NCBI GenBank assembly: GCA_977017645.1
Contig: OZ360238.1
Coordinates: 5,890,001-5,954,000 of the forward strand
Length of the DNA: 64,000 bases
From: Torpedo marmorata
Taxonomy: Eukaryota
Reading direction: 5' to 3'
Part shown: piece by piece, positions 1 through 11,960 of the stretch
Position numbering within the stretch: position 1 is the first letter of the stretch
Layout of the letters: each line of letters begins with the position of its first letter
The notes under the pieces: generated by a model
What the model was told of the DNA's origin: nothing
The model's database searches: none
What the model saw: the letters and a program-made list of their open reading frames with translations, nothing else
Translations under genes and position numbers: made by a program

Positions 1-476
1 ATCCGCCAGCAGCAATCAGATATCCTCTGGCAATAGCTCTAAGAAAATCTGCTCGAAGAGCAGGCAAGGTCTATGGCCGTTGGCGAGTGCTAATATATCG
101 CCCATGCGGACGGATGGGGCCCTGTCCCCCAACCCGTCCATGTGCAACAATCGGACCGCGCGCTCGCGCTTCGAGAGCCCGAAGGTGCGGGTTAGTAGCT
201 CTTTCATGACCTCATACTTCCCTTGCTCTGGTGGGTGCCAGAGGAAATCGACGATTCTGGCCGCTGTGTCTTGATCCAGCGAGCTCACCATGTAGTAGTA
301 GCGCGTGGCGTCGGAGGAGATCTGTCGAATCTGGAACTGGGCCTCGGCTTGCTCGAACCAGACCTGTGGCTGCGTTGTCCAGAAGGTCAGAAGCTTCAGA
401 GCGACCGCGTTTGATGCTTGCTTGGTCCGTCATCTTCAGGTCCAAAAACGCCGTTCAGACTCGTCGGGGTCACCAA
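1..476 (-). mobile_element. Ty3/gypsy LTR retrotransposon internal region (leader and degraded gag-like 5' part), runs off the window start
   Basis: Minus ORF 16..291 (SSLDQDTAARIVDFL...LLTRTFGLSKRERAVRLL...LGDRAPS) resembles gypsy gag N-termini. It lies directly inside a PBS and an LTR. Confidence 0.75.
462..475 (-). promoter_or_regulatory. Primer-binding site, tRNA-Trp type
   Basis: Minus strand reads TGGTGACCCCGACG, complementary to the 3' end of eukaryotic tRNA-Trp, 1 nt inside the LTR end. Confidence 0.8.
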
Positions 477-3400
477 TATAGCGCGCTGCTGCTGCTTCGA
501 AGAAAACCACCACACACGAGGTAAGCTCAAACAAGACTGATTTAAAATCCTGATGATGAACAATTTATTCAAGATGCTTTTTTACATTTATCAGATGCTA
601 AAGAAAATATTTTAATTGGTGGAGATTTTAACTGTTGTTTAAATCCAATAATGGATAAAATTCTAAAACATCTGTTAGACCTAAAATAGTTTAAAAAATT
701 GTTAATTTGATGGAAGATTTAAATTTGGTAGATATTTGGAGGAAATTGAAGCCTAGAGAGAAAGATTATTCATTTTATTCATTTAGACATAACTCATTTT
801 CTAGGATAGATTTGTTTTTGTTATCTTCACAAATTCAGAATAGAATAACACAGGTATCGTATAAAGCAAGAATAATTTCAGATCATTCACCCTTATTAAT
901 GACATGTATAATCCCGGAGAAGGAAAAAACTGTATATAATTGGAGATTTGATTCTTCTTTATTGAAAAGAAAAGATTTTTGTGAATATATGAGAAGAGAA
1001 ATTCGGGAATTTTTGAGAACAAATAATAATTCGGTTAATGATAAATTTATGATATGGGAGGCTTTGAAAGCCTACCTAAGAGGTTTAATAATAAGTTTTT
1101 CAGCAAAGATTAAAAAAGATTATTTAAAAGAAGAAGAAAAATTAGAGAAGGAGATTGAATTAATGGAAAAGGATTTACAGAGAAATAAGTCTATTCTTAA
1201 GAGAAATCGTTTAGTGAGGAGGAAATTACATTATAATTTATTACAAACTCGTAAGACTGAAAAATTGATACAAAGAACAAAACAAAGATATTACGAATTA
1301 GGGGAAAAAGCTCATAAGGTTTTGTCATGGCAATTAAAAAAAGAGCAAGTTTCTAAAACTATCAATGCTATAAGGAAGAGAAATACTGGGGAAATAACTT
1401 ATAAGCCACAAGAAATAAATGAATCTTTTAAAGATTACTATCAGAATTTATATAGATCTGAGGTTGATCATGATGATATGAAGATTAATAGATTTTTATC
1501 TAAAATTACTTTACCTAAATTGAATGTTCAAAGTAAATATTCTTTGGATTTACCTTTTACGATGAGAGAAGTTACTGAGGCAATATCAACGTTGAAAAGT
1601 GGTAAATCTCCGGGTGATGATGGGTTTCCAGTAGAATTTTATAAAGAATTTAAAGATTTATTGATACCTTTATACATGGAGGTATTGAATCAAGTTACTG
1701 AAACTCATTTATTACCGAAGACATTTTTAAATGCTATTATTACGGTTATACCAAAGAAAGATAGAGATGTGTTGAAAACTGAGTCTTATAGGCCTATTTC
1801 ATTGTTAAATGTAGATTATAAAATAATGGCAAAAATTTTAGCAAACAGATTAGCTAAATATTTACCAAACCTTATACATTCAGATCAAGCTGGATTTATT
1901 AAGAATAGATATTCGAAAGATAATATAGCTAGATTATTAAGTTTGATTAATGTACATAAGAAGAAACAGGATTTACCATTGGTGGTAACATTAGATGCAG
2001 AGAAGGCTTTTGATAGAGTAGAATGGAATTTTTTATTTAAAGTTTTGGAAAAATTTGGATTTGGAGATAACTTTATAAATTGGATTAAAACTATATATAA
2101 AGAACCTACGGCCAAAGTAGTTACAAATGGACAAGTATCACAAAAATTTTTGTTATTAAGATCAACAAGACAGGGGTGTCCTTTGTCACCTGCTTTGTTT
2201 GTATTGGTAATAGAACCTTTAGCTGAAATGATTAGAGAGGATATAAATATAATGGGTATAAAAGTTGGTAGGGAAGAACATAAGATTAGTTTATTTGCAG
2301 ACGATGTATTAATATATATGACGAAATCTGTTACATCACTTCAATGATTGGCTGTTGTATTGACAGAATATGGTGAGATATCTGGATATAAAATTAATTC
2401 AGATAAAAGTGAGATTTTGGCCTTATCTCAAGGGGATTATACTAGATGTAAGGAAGTTACGGATTTTAAATGGACTAAAGAGAGTATTAAATATCTGGGA
2501 GTTAAAGTAGATACAAAATTGGAAAATTTGTATAAATTAAATTATATACCTTTATTTATGAAAATAAAAAAAGATCTAGAACTTTGGAAAGACTTACCTA
2601 TAACTTTGATGGGAAGAGTGAATTGTATTAAAATGAATGTTTTTCCAAGAATTCAATATCTTTTTCAATCGATTCCTTATGGTATCCCAAATAAATTTTT
2701 TAAGGATTTAAAATTTGTTGTTAGGAAATTTTTATGGAAAGGAAAGTTGGCAAGAGTAAGTATGGATAAATTAACATGGAATTATGAGATGGGAGGATTA
2801 CAACTTCCCAATTTTCAGTATTATTATAAAGTAGCGCAATTAAAGTTTATTAATGAATTTTTTGATTTGAATAAATCATCTGCTTGGATTAATATAGAAT
2901 TGAATAATATAGGTGAAACATATAAAGAAGATATTATTTATAAATGGAATTCTAAATTGTTGTCAGTTAAAAAGAAAAACACACCAATTATTAAACACTT
3001 GTTGGAAATTTGGTCACAAGTAGATAAAGAAATAGGTCGAAAAGGATCAATATCTTTAAATACACCAATATACCAAAATCCGCTTATACCATTTTCTATG
3101 GATAATCAGTTACTTAGATTATGGTTCCAAAAGGGAATTAAGACTTTTAAAGATTGTTTTGAAGCTGGTAGATTTATTACTTTTCAAAGGTTAAAAGAAA
3201 AATTTAATATATTAGATAATACAATCTTAGGTTATTTTCAAGTTAAAGCCTTTTTGATTGAGAGATTAGGGAATGAATTAATAGCACCAAGACAAAATGA
3301 ATTGGAATTGTTAATTACTAAAGTTAATATTAATAAGTTTATATCGCAAATGTATAAATTGTTCCAAAGACAGATGTCTAAAGTAGGAGTGCATAGGTCT

Positions 3401-4557
3401 AGATTAAAATGGGAATTAGATTTAAATGTTAATATAGATGAAAATCATTGGAGGGATTTATGTAAATTAAGTATGACTAAAGTTATTAATGTGAGATATA
3501 GATTAGTACAATATAATTTTTTTCATCAACTATATTTGACACCTAAAAAATTGAAGAAATTTAATCCAGCGTTATCAGATATGTGTTTTAGATGCAAAAG
3601 TGAAATAGGTTCTTTTGTACATTGTACATGGTCATGTTCAATAATTCAAGATTTTTGGCTGAAAGTTAAGAATTTTTTGGAGAGAATTTTTAATATTGAG
3701 TTTACAATGGATCCTATGTTATTTTTATTTGGGGATATTAAAAAATTTAGTATTAGAAATAGATTAAATATGTATCAAGTAGAATTTTTACGTATAGTAT
3801 TAGCAGTTTCGAAAAAATGTATAGCTATTACTTGGAAGTCAGATGTGGATTTAAATTTAGAGCGATGGCATGCAGAGTTACGTTCATGTATACCTTTAGA
3901 AAAAATTACTTACAATCTGCGAAATAAATATCATTTCTTTTTGAAAATTTGGGGCCCATATATGAGGATTATGGGTTTAACAATGTAAATTCTCTGGATG
4001 CTAGATCCACTGGCGAAATAACCTCTAAGGTAAATTAGTTTTAGGTCAATGTCTCCTCACTCTATTTTTCTATCTCTCTTTTTTCTTTTTCTTTTCTTTA
4101 CTATATTATTTTTTTAGAGTAGAGGGGGGGTTAGGGTGGGGAGGGCGGGAAGGGGGGGAGAAAATGTAAATCACATGTATTTATTTTTTTTTCTTTGAAA
4201 TATATGCAATTATTTTATGTAATGTGTGATTTTCAAAATTTAAATAAAATATAAAAAAAATAAAAATAAAAAAAAACAAGACTGATTTATTAGCTCTCTG
4301 GCTCTGTCTTATATAGGGCCAGGCAGCTGGAGAAACCCGCCTCTTCCAGCGAGGATGACGTCATGGGCCGGCCGCTGATTGATCGGTTTTCCCGCCGGTG
4401 GAGATGACGTCACGGGCCGGCCGCCAATTGGTCGGTTTTCCCGCCGGCCGACTGGAGCTGCTGCAAAAATGCCATTTAGTCTGTGGCCTTGGTGCGATCA
4501 CCGAGTTCGACCGCCATTTTGTGCAGCGGGTCGCCGATCGGCTCGCGGGCCGCTACA
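477..4557 (-). mobile_element. 5' LTR (~336 bp: 477-544 + 4290-4557) split by an L1 insertion
   Basis: Termini TGTAGCG (from 4557) ... CGCTATA (to 477). TATATAA near 4308-4314 and AATAAA at 4286-4291 on the minus strand. The halves rejoin across the L1 target-site duplication (TSD). Confidence 0.8.
545..4273 (+). mobile_element. L1-clade LINE, 5'-truncated, near-complete ORF2 (endonuclease, RT, cysteine-rich C-terminus), disabled
   Basis: GGDFN and SDH endonuclease motifs, QGCPLSP and FADD RT motifs, C-terminal CFRC...H...C. ORFs 707..2347 and 2348..3988 share a frame, split by TGA at 2345-2347. G-rich 3' UTR, AATAAA and A-rich tail. 16-bp TSD AAACAAGACTGATTTA at 529-544 and 4274-4289. Confidence 0.95.
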
Positions 4558-5450
4558 GTATGTCCTTTCTTGGTTTGTCCTTCCAATGTGCAACACCCCA
4601 AACTTGTCTGCATTAAATGCCATCTGTCATTTTTCAGCCCATTTTTCCAGCTGGTGTAGGTCCCTCTGCAAGATTTAGTGCCGTCTGGTAACCCTTTACT
4701 TCCCATGGATTCGGCGTGCACTGCTGAATTTCTCCAGCACATTGTGTGTTGCACTTGACCCCAAAATGTGTAGACTTTCTTGTTTAACCTGACATTATAC
4801 GGAACTTGTACAAACGCTCCTCTGGAAATGGCTGTCACCACTGAGGAAGGATGTGTGGGCCCACGAGAGGGTGCCGATTGTAAAGGGTTCACAGTGAAGG
4901 GTTTCAGCTCCAGAGTTGGATGGGAGAAGTTAAAGAACAAAAAATATTCCAGTGCAGAACAGCCCCTTCACCCCACGATGTGCTGACCTATGGAAACCTA
5001 CTCCACAACAATCTAACCCTTTCATCCCTCACACCCATAACCCTCTATTTTTCTTACATCATGTACCTTTTAAATGTCCCTATTGTACCGGCCCCCACCA
5101 CCACCCTGGCCATGCATTCCAGGCACCGACCACTCTCTGTGTAAAATACCCACCTCTGAATCTCCCCTAAACTTTCCCCCACTCATCTTAAACATGTCCT
5201 CTAGTATTTGCTATTGTATCCACCCTATTGAAGCCCCTCATAATCTTATACACCTCCATTAAGTTACCTCTCAGCTTTCATTGCTCCAAAGAGAAAAGAC
5301 CCAGCTCTGTCAACCTTGCTTCATAAGACATGTTCTCCAATCCAGGCAACATCCTGGTAAATCTCCTCTGCGCCCTCTCTAAAGCATCTACATCCTTCCT
5401 GTAATGAGGTGACCAGAACTGAATGCAATACTTCAGCTGTGGTCTAACCA
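4558..5450 (-). mobile_element. Degraded CR1 LINE fragments (4558-4675 and ~4930-5450)
   Basis: Minus-strand similarity to the RT C-terminal and 3' tail region of the intact CR1 ORF at 16678..19164. Boundaries approximate. Confidence 0.7.
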
Positions 5451-5874
5451 GTTTTTTAGGGGTGGCATGGTTAGCGTGGCGGTTAGCTGTCCAGGTGTTT
5501 GAGGGCTTTATGTAGTCAGTGAGATGGCATCTACCATAGACCTGTTGCTGCGGTAAGCAAATTGGAATGGATCCATGTCACCGCTCAGACAGGAGCTGAT
5601 ATTCTTCAACACCAGCTTCTCAAAACACTTCATCACTGTGGATGTGAGTGCCACTGGCTGGTAGTCATTTAGGCAGGTTACCACACTCTTCTTTAGCACA
5701 GGTATGATTGAGGCCTGTTCGAAACAGATGGATACCACGTCCTGCCAGAGTGAGATGTTAAAGATATCCGTGAATACATTAGCAAGTTTGTCAGCACAGG
5801 TTTTCAGTACTCGGTTAGGTACTCCGACTGGACAGGATGATTTCGTTGGATTCACTCTCTCCTCACGTCATAAT

Positions 5875-6136
5875 TTAATTTTTTTATAATTTAGACATAC
5901 AGCACGGTAACAGGCCATTTCGGCCCACGAGTCCGTGCCGCCCAATTTACACCCAATTAACCTACACCCCCAGTATGTTTTGAATGGTGGGAGGAAACCA
6001 GAGCCCCCGGGGAAAACCCACGCAGACACGGGGAGAACGTACAAACTCCTTACAGACAGCGCGGGATTCGAAACCTAGTCCCGATCGCTGGCGCTGTAAA
6101 GGCGTTGCGCTAACCGCTACGCCAACCGTGCTGCCC
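5875..6136 (-). mobile_element. tRNA-derived V-SINE/HE1-like SINE
   Basis: Minus strand starts GGGCAGCACGGTTGGCGTAGCGGTTAGCGC, has a B-box-like GTTTCGAATCC, the core GGAGTTTGTACGTTCTCCCCGTGTCTGCGTGGGTTT and a CR1-like tail. Highly similar copy at 31605-31863. Confidence 0.85.
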
Positions 6137-7864
6137 AATATAGGATATTGATAGTAGAGGATCATCAGGGGGCAAATTGATAGTAGAGGATCATCAGGCG
6201 GCATGGGGGGGTGCAGTGGCCCTTCCTTGTTCTGGTGGTCAAATCGGGTGTGGAAGGCATTGAGTTCATCTGGGACTGAGGCTTTGCTGTCTCCTACTGC
6301 ACCAGATTTGGTTTTGTAGCAGGTGATGTCATTTAGGCCCTGCCACAGCTGTCGGGTATCCTTCGTTGTTTCCATTCTTGTCCGGAAACTCCACTTTGCC
6401 CGGGAGATGGCTTTCCATAGGTTGTACCTACTCCTTGTGTCGTGTTCTGGACCTCCAGACTTAAATGCCTGCTCTCAGCAGGTTCTGGATTTCATTGTTC
6501 ATCCAGGGCTTCTGGTTGGGGAAAACCCTGAACGATTTGGTGGGGACACACTCATCAGCAGCTGTATTGATAAAGTCTGTAACGACCCTGATGTAATCAT
6601 TCAGATTCTCAGCTGAGTTCTTGAACACTGCCCAATCCACTGACTCGAGGCAGACCTGCAACCCTTCTTCAGCCTCCCGTGACCACCTTCTAGCTATCCT
6701 GATCTCTGGAGCCTCTCTTTTTAGGCTCTGTCTGTATGAAGGCAGAAGGTGATCCGACTTGCCAAAATGCGGTCTCGGGAAAGAACGGTAGGCCTTCCTT
6801 ATCTTGGTGCAGCAGTGATCGAGTGTGCTGGGATCTCTGGTGCAGCAGCTTATGAGCTGTTGGTAATTGGGCAGGGTTTTCTCGAGACAGGCCTGGTTAA
6901 AGTCACCGACTAAGATTTGTAGTGCATCAGGGTGGGCTGCCTCTTGTTTACTGACCACATCATGCAGCTCCGCAAGTGCCTGTTTGTAATTGGCATCGGG
7001 AGGGATACAAACTCCGGTGAGAATCACTGATGAGAATTCTCGGGGTAGAGAGAAGGGTCTGCATTTAATTGAGATTCACTCTAAGGCAGTGGAGCAGGAG
7101 ATCAACATGTCCCCAACATCCGTGCACCAGCCGCTATTACCGGTAACTAAAAAGCACACACAACCCCTTCTCTCTTTGCCAGTATCCGAGTTCCGATCTA
7201 GTCTGTGAATAGTGGAACTCTCCGGTCGGATGGCAGCCAGGTCTTTGTGCAGCAAACAACTGAGATTTGTCTCCCTTGTCTCTGATAAAGCAGCCTTGCC
7301 CCAAGGTTGTCAATTTTATTTTCTAATGACTGGATATTTGCCAATAGTATGGAAGGTAGGGGAGGTCTCAGTCCCCTGCGCTTCAGTCTGGTTTGGATCC
7401 CAGCCCTCACCTGGTGGGTCACCTGGTGTACAAACAGCCCTTCTGACCTTGACCTTGGTGGTGGCCCGGCCCTTTAAGGCCTCTACATTCCAGCCAGCCT
7501 GACTCAGCCGTTGCCGGGAGATTTTAAGTTTGTTTATGCGAATCAGCAGCTGCTCCTTGAGAAGAAGACTGCATGCTGCCCTGTGGTAAACCACTTTGTA
7601 TGTATTATGGCCTGAGGCAGGTATGACCATGACCTGTCTGTCTGTCCCGGTGACCCCTCCCCCTTTACCTGGAATAAAGGCCTTGAGCCAGCAACTCCTC
7701 CCCCAGTTCCGGGACAATCCAGCAGGGATCATCAGGTCAAGGCATAGTCTGCCCTGGCTTTGATTCTGTTAATAAAAGCCTTGTTAATTCCTGCACTTCT
7801 AGACTCGTGTCGGTTATTGATAGGTATATCAATTTTATTAACAGTTTCAACAAAATACGAATCA

Positions 7865-10240
7865 ATGGAGAATTTGTTAAAGCCAGACAAGCTAGACATC
7901 GACCCCCTGGCCCAAGACGCTGCAAGCGATTTTGAACTGAGGCAACGCTGCTTCACAGCCTACGTGAGGTCGTCCGGAGCGGCTACCGACGAGCAGAAAC
8001 TCGATATCCTCATGTCCAGGGTAAGCAAGCGAGTGTATGGCGCCGTCAGAGACTGTGGGACTTTTGATGATGCCTTGGTCGCCCTCCGAACGCTGTACCT
8101 GACGCCTGCGAACGAGATTTTCGCAAGGCACCGGATATCGCAGCGGTACCAGCGACCCGGAGAGTCGGTCTCCGAATATATCCAGGACGTGATGCTCCTG
8201 GTACGAGCGTGTGACTGTCGAGCCCTGACGGCTGAGCAACACTCCGAGATTCTGGCAAGGGACACTATCATAAAAGGGATCAGGTCGGGCTACATCCGCC
8301 AGCGATTGCTGGAACACGCCGACCTGACCCTGAAATCGACTGTCCAGAACATCCTGAATCTGGACTCAGCCCTAAAGAACGCTGACGCTATGCAGGCGCA
8401 GCCTGCTTCTTGGATCGCCCCAACCGTCAGCCCTACAAGCAACGCGACGGCTGCTGCCGTCTACCGGGACCCGCTCGCCGCCGCCGACGCTATCCGTGAG
8501 TTGGCCGCTGCCGCCGCTGCCCGAGAGCCCGCCGCTACCCGTGAGTTAACCGCTGCCGCTATCACCCGGGAGCCCGAGAAGTGCTACTTCTGCGGGCTCG
8601 ACAAGCACCCGCGCAAGCGCTGCCCGGCCCGAGACGCGACTTGTTCTAGCTGTGGCAAGAAAGGCCACTATGCTAAGGTCTGCCGCTCCAAGTCGCGCAC
8701 GGGTCCGAGCAGCGCCGCGTGCGAGGTACGGGAGCGGCCATCTTACTCGACTCCACTTCCGGCGGAGACCTCGTGTGAGGTCTGGAGGCAGCCATCACAG
8801 CGCGCAGCACTTCCGTTTTCCAGCAGCGCCACGTGCGACGGGAGGGGGCGGCCATCTTACCCGACGTCACTTCCTGAGGAGACCTCGTGCGAGGACTGGA
8901 GGCGGCCATCTTGGTCCACACATCCGTTCTCTACATTTCCGGCGCGGCCATTTTATAATCTCACCGCAGCACTTCCAGCACTCCCGGCTCCACCCCCTCG
9001 TAGCGACACGTACGAGCTACGGGAGCTGCCACCGGATCAAGATCAAGACTTCGTCTCGACCCTGGCATCCGTGACGCTGGACCAGAGCGCGCCCCATCAA
9101 CTGTCCAGATCCATGATGGACATCCTCGTTGAGGGGCATAAGACCACCTGCCTGTTCGACACAGGCAGTACAGAAAGTTTTATCCATCCTGACACTGCCC
9201 AGCGCTGTGGCCTCACCATTGTACCGGTAAGCCAGAGGGTGGCCATGGCGTCTGGAACGCACACAACAGACATCCGGGGGGGTTGTGTGGTGAATATAGT
9301 GGTACAGGGCACGGAATATCGGGAGTTTTTATTGTTAATCATGCCCCGTTTGTGTGCTCCTGTATTGCTGGGATTGGACTTCCAAAGCCACCTGCGTAGC
9401 GTCACCATGCACTATGATGGGCCCCACCCCCCAATCGTTGTGACTAACCCCCAATATTTAATTAATACGCCCCAGACTACCTGTGGTCTCTCCACACTAA
9501 AGACCCAACCCCCGCCACTCTTCGCCAACCTGACCCCTGACTGTAAGCCCATCGCAACTAAAAGTAGGCGATACAGTGCAGGGGACAGGGCATTCATTAA
9601 GGCGGAGGTGCAGCGTTTACTGGGGGAAGGGATCATTGCACCCAGTAACAGCCCCTGGAGAGCACAGGTAGTCGTGGTGAAGAACGGGGCTAAGAGCCGG
9701 ATGGTGGTGGACTATAGCCAGACCATCAACCGGTTCACGCAACTGGACGCCTATCCGCTGCCGAAGATCGCGGATATGGTCAACCAGATTGCTCAATACA
9801 AAGTCTTCTCCACCATCGACCTTAAGTCGGCTTACCACCAGCTCCCAATCCGCCGGGAGGACCGAGTATACACCGCTTTCGAGGCGGACGGCAGATTATT
9901 CCATTTACTGCGCGTTCCCTTCGGGGTAACAAATGGGGTATCCGTGTTCCAAAGGGAGATGGACAGGATCATTGACCAGTTCAAGCTCACTGCCACCTTC
10001 CCGTACCTGGACGACATCACCATCTGTGGTCATGATCGCCAGGATCACGACAGGAACCTTCGGAAGTTCTTACAGGCGGCCGAGACGCTGAACCTCACAT
10101 ATAACAAGGAGAAATGCGTGTTCGGGACTACCCGACTCGCTATCCTGGGGTGCGTCGTGGAAAACGGGGTGATTGGACCCGACCCCGACCGCATGCGCAG
10201 TGTTGGAACTTCCGATCCCCGTTACCCCCAAAGCACTTAA
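7865..10240 (+). CDS. Gag-protease-reverse transcriptase polyprotein (5' part of a frameshifted gag-pol)
   Basis: ATG at 7865 (MENLLKPDKL). Two zinc knuckles CYFCGLDKHPRKRC and CSSCGKKGHYAKVC, protease LFDTGS, RT motifs DLKSAYHQ, PFG and YLDD. Confidence 0.9.
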   Translation: MENLLKPDKLDIDPLAQDAASDFELRQRCFTAYVRSSGAATDEQKLDILMSRVSKRVYGAVRDCGTFDDALVALRTLYLTPANEIFARHRISQRYQRPGESVSEYIQDVMLLVRACDCRALTAEQHSEILARDTIIKGIRSGYIRQRLLEHADLTLKSTVQNILNLDSALKNADAMQAQPASWIAPTVSPTSNATAAAVYRDPLAAADAIRELAAAAAAREPAATRELTAAAITREPEKCYFCGLDKHPRKRCPARDATCSSCGKKGHYAKVCRSKSRTGPSSAACEVRERPSYSTPLPAETSCEVWRQPSQRAALPFSSSATCDGRGRPSYPTSLPEETSCEDWRRPSWSTHPFSTFPARPFYNLTAALPALPAPPPRSDTYELRELPPDQDQDFVSTLASVTLDQSAPHQLSRSMMDILVEGHKTTCLFDTGSTESFIHPDTAQRCGLTIVPVSQRVAMASGTHTTDIRGGCVVNIVVQGTEYREFLLLIMPRLCAPVLLGLDFQSHLRSVTMHYDGPHPPIVVTNPQYLINTPQTTCGLSTLKTQPPPLFANLTPDCKPIATKSRRYSAGDRAFIKAEVQRLLGEGIIAPSNSPWRAQVVVVKNGAKSRMVVDYSQTINRFTQLDAYPLPKIADMVNQIAQYKVFSTIDLKSAYHQLPIRREDRVYTAFEADGRLFHLLRVPFGVTNGVSVFQREMDRIIDQFKLTATFPYLDDITICGHDRQDHDRNLRKFLQAAETLNLTYNKEKCVFGTTRLAILGCVVENGVIGPDPDRMRSVGTSDPRYPQST

Positions 10241-11960
10241 ACGATGCCTCGGGTTTTTCTCCTATTATGCGCAGTGGGTCCCAAACTACTCGGACAAAGC
10301 CCGACCCCTCGTCAAGTCCACCAAGTTTCCCCTGGCAGCGGAGGCACGTGAGGCTTTCGACCTCATAAAGGGGGACATCGCCCGAGCAGCGATGCACGCG
10401 GTGGACGAGTCGGAACCTTTTCAGGTAGAGAGTGACGCCTCGGACTTCGCACTGGCTGCTACCCTCAACCAGGCGGGAAGACCGGTAGCGTTTTTCTCCC
10501 GCACCCTTCAAGGCCCCGAAATTCGGCACTCCGCGGTAGAGAAAGAGGCCCAGGCCATTGTCGAGGCTGTCCGGCACTGGAGGCACTATCTCGCCGGAAA
10601 ACATTTTACCCTGCTGACGGACCAGCGCTCCGTCGCTTTCATGTTTAACAGCCAGCAGCGGGGTAAAATTAAAAATGATAAAATCATGAGGTGGAGAATA
10701 GAACTCTCCACCTACAATTACGACATCCTTTACCGTCCCGGGAAGCTCAACGAGCCCCCTGACGCTCTATCCCGGGGATCGTGCGCCAGCGCGCAGATCG
10801 ACCGGTTATACGCCCTACATAATGACCTCTGCCACCCAGGAGTCACCAGGCTGTTCCACTTCATTAAAGCACGGAACCTGCCTTTCTCCCTGGATGAGGT
10901 CAAGACCATGACCAGCAGCTGCCGAGTCTGTGCGGAATGCAAACCGCAGTACTACCGCCCCGACAGAGCACAGCTGGTCAAAGCCACCCGCCCCTTCGAA
11001 CGTCTCAGTATAGACTTCAAGGGCCCCCTCCCCTCCACGAACCGCAATGTGTACTTCCTCAACATCATCGATGAGTACTCGCGGTTCCCCTTTGCCATCC
11101 CCTGCCCAGACACCTCGGCGGCGTCGGCTATCAAGGCTCTCCACCAGGTTTTCACCGTGTTCGGGTTCCCCAGCTATGTCCACAGCGACCGGGGGTCCGC
11201 GTTCATGAGCGGGGAGCTGCGACAGCACTTGCAGACCCGAGGCATCGCTACCAGCAGGACCACGGGGTACAACCCACGGGGGAACGGACAGGTGGAGAGG
11301 GAGAACGCCACAGTATGGACAGCGACACTACTGGCCCTGAAAGCAAAAGGGTGGCCAGTGGCTCGCTGGCAGGAGGTTCTCCCGGACGCCCTCCACTCTA
11401 TACGATCCCTCTTATGTACCGCCACTAACACTACCCCTCACGAACGTATCTTTTCCTTCCCCAGAAAATCGACCACCGGGACTACACTCCCCGCCTGGCT
11501 GACGTCCCCGGGGCCGGTGCTACTCCGCAAACATCTTCGGAGTAGCAAGTACGAGCCCTTAGTCGAGAGGGTGCAGCTGATCCATGCAAACCCGCAGTAC
11601 GCATTCGTGGTTCTCCCCAACGGGCGGGAAGACACGGTGTCAATACGGGACCTGGCGCCTGCAGGAGCGTCTGAAGAGGTCCCCGACAGCGGGAACGCCG
11701 GGTCGCAGCTGCCCCCACCGGACCATCCGCCTCCCAGCACGACGTTGTCCCCGTCACAGCTGTACTGGCCACTAGCCAGGCAGGAGGCGAACCAGCCCCA
11801 GATCCACCCTACTGTACCTACTCCCACTCCGCAGCCACAACCATCCCCGCGGGCATCACGTATTTTCACTCGTACCCTCATTCCACAACCACTACCATCA
11901 CCGCTGGCGCTACGCAGGTCACGGCGGCAAATCCGGCCGCCGGCGAAACTCGACCTGTAA
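10199..11960 (+). CDS. RT connection, RNase H and integrase (3' part of pol, shifted frame)
   Basis: ESDAS, EKEAQAI and TDQ RNase H motifs; HNDLCH...CRVC zinc finger; IDFKG, HSDRG and NGQVER DDE triad. No chromodomain evident. Start is the approximate frameshift position. Confidence 0.9.

Noticed and set aside
2340-2352. Programmed stop readthrough between two equal 546-aa L1 ORFs
   Set aside because: The related L1 at 15092..16606 has a sense codon at this position, so a point mutation (possibly CGA to TGA) is more likely. The equal lengths depend on the ORF caller's start choices.
5459-5488. Complete SINE at the end of the Rex1 element
   Set aside because: Only ~30 nt of a SINE head abut truncated Rex1 sequence, most likely a deletion junction.
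10173-10240. Programmed ribosomal frameshift in the gypsy element
   Set aside because: No slippery heptamer, the site is inside RT rather than at the gag-pol border, and a 2-nt deletion explains it more simply.
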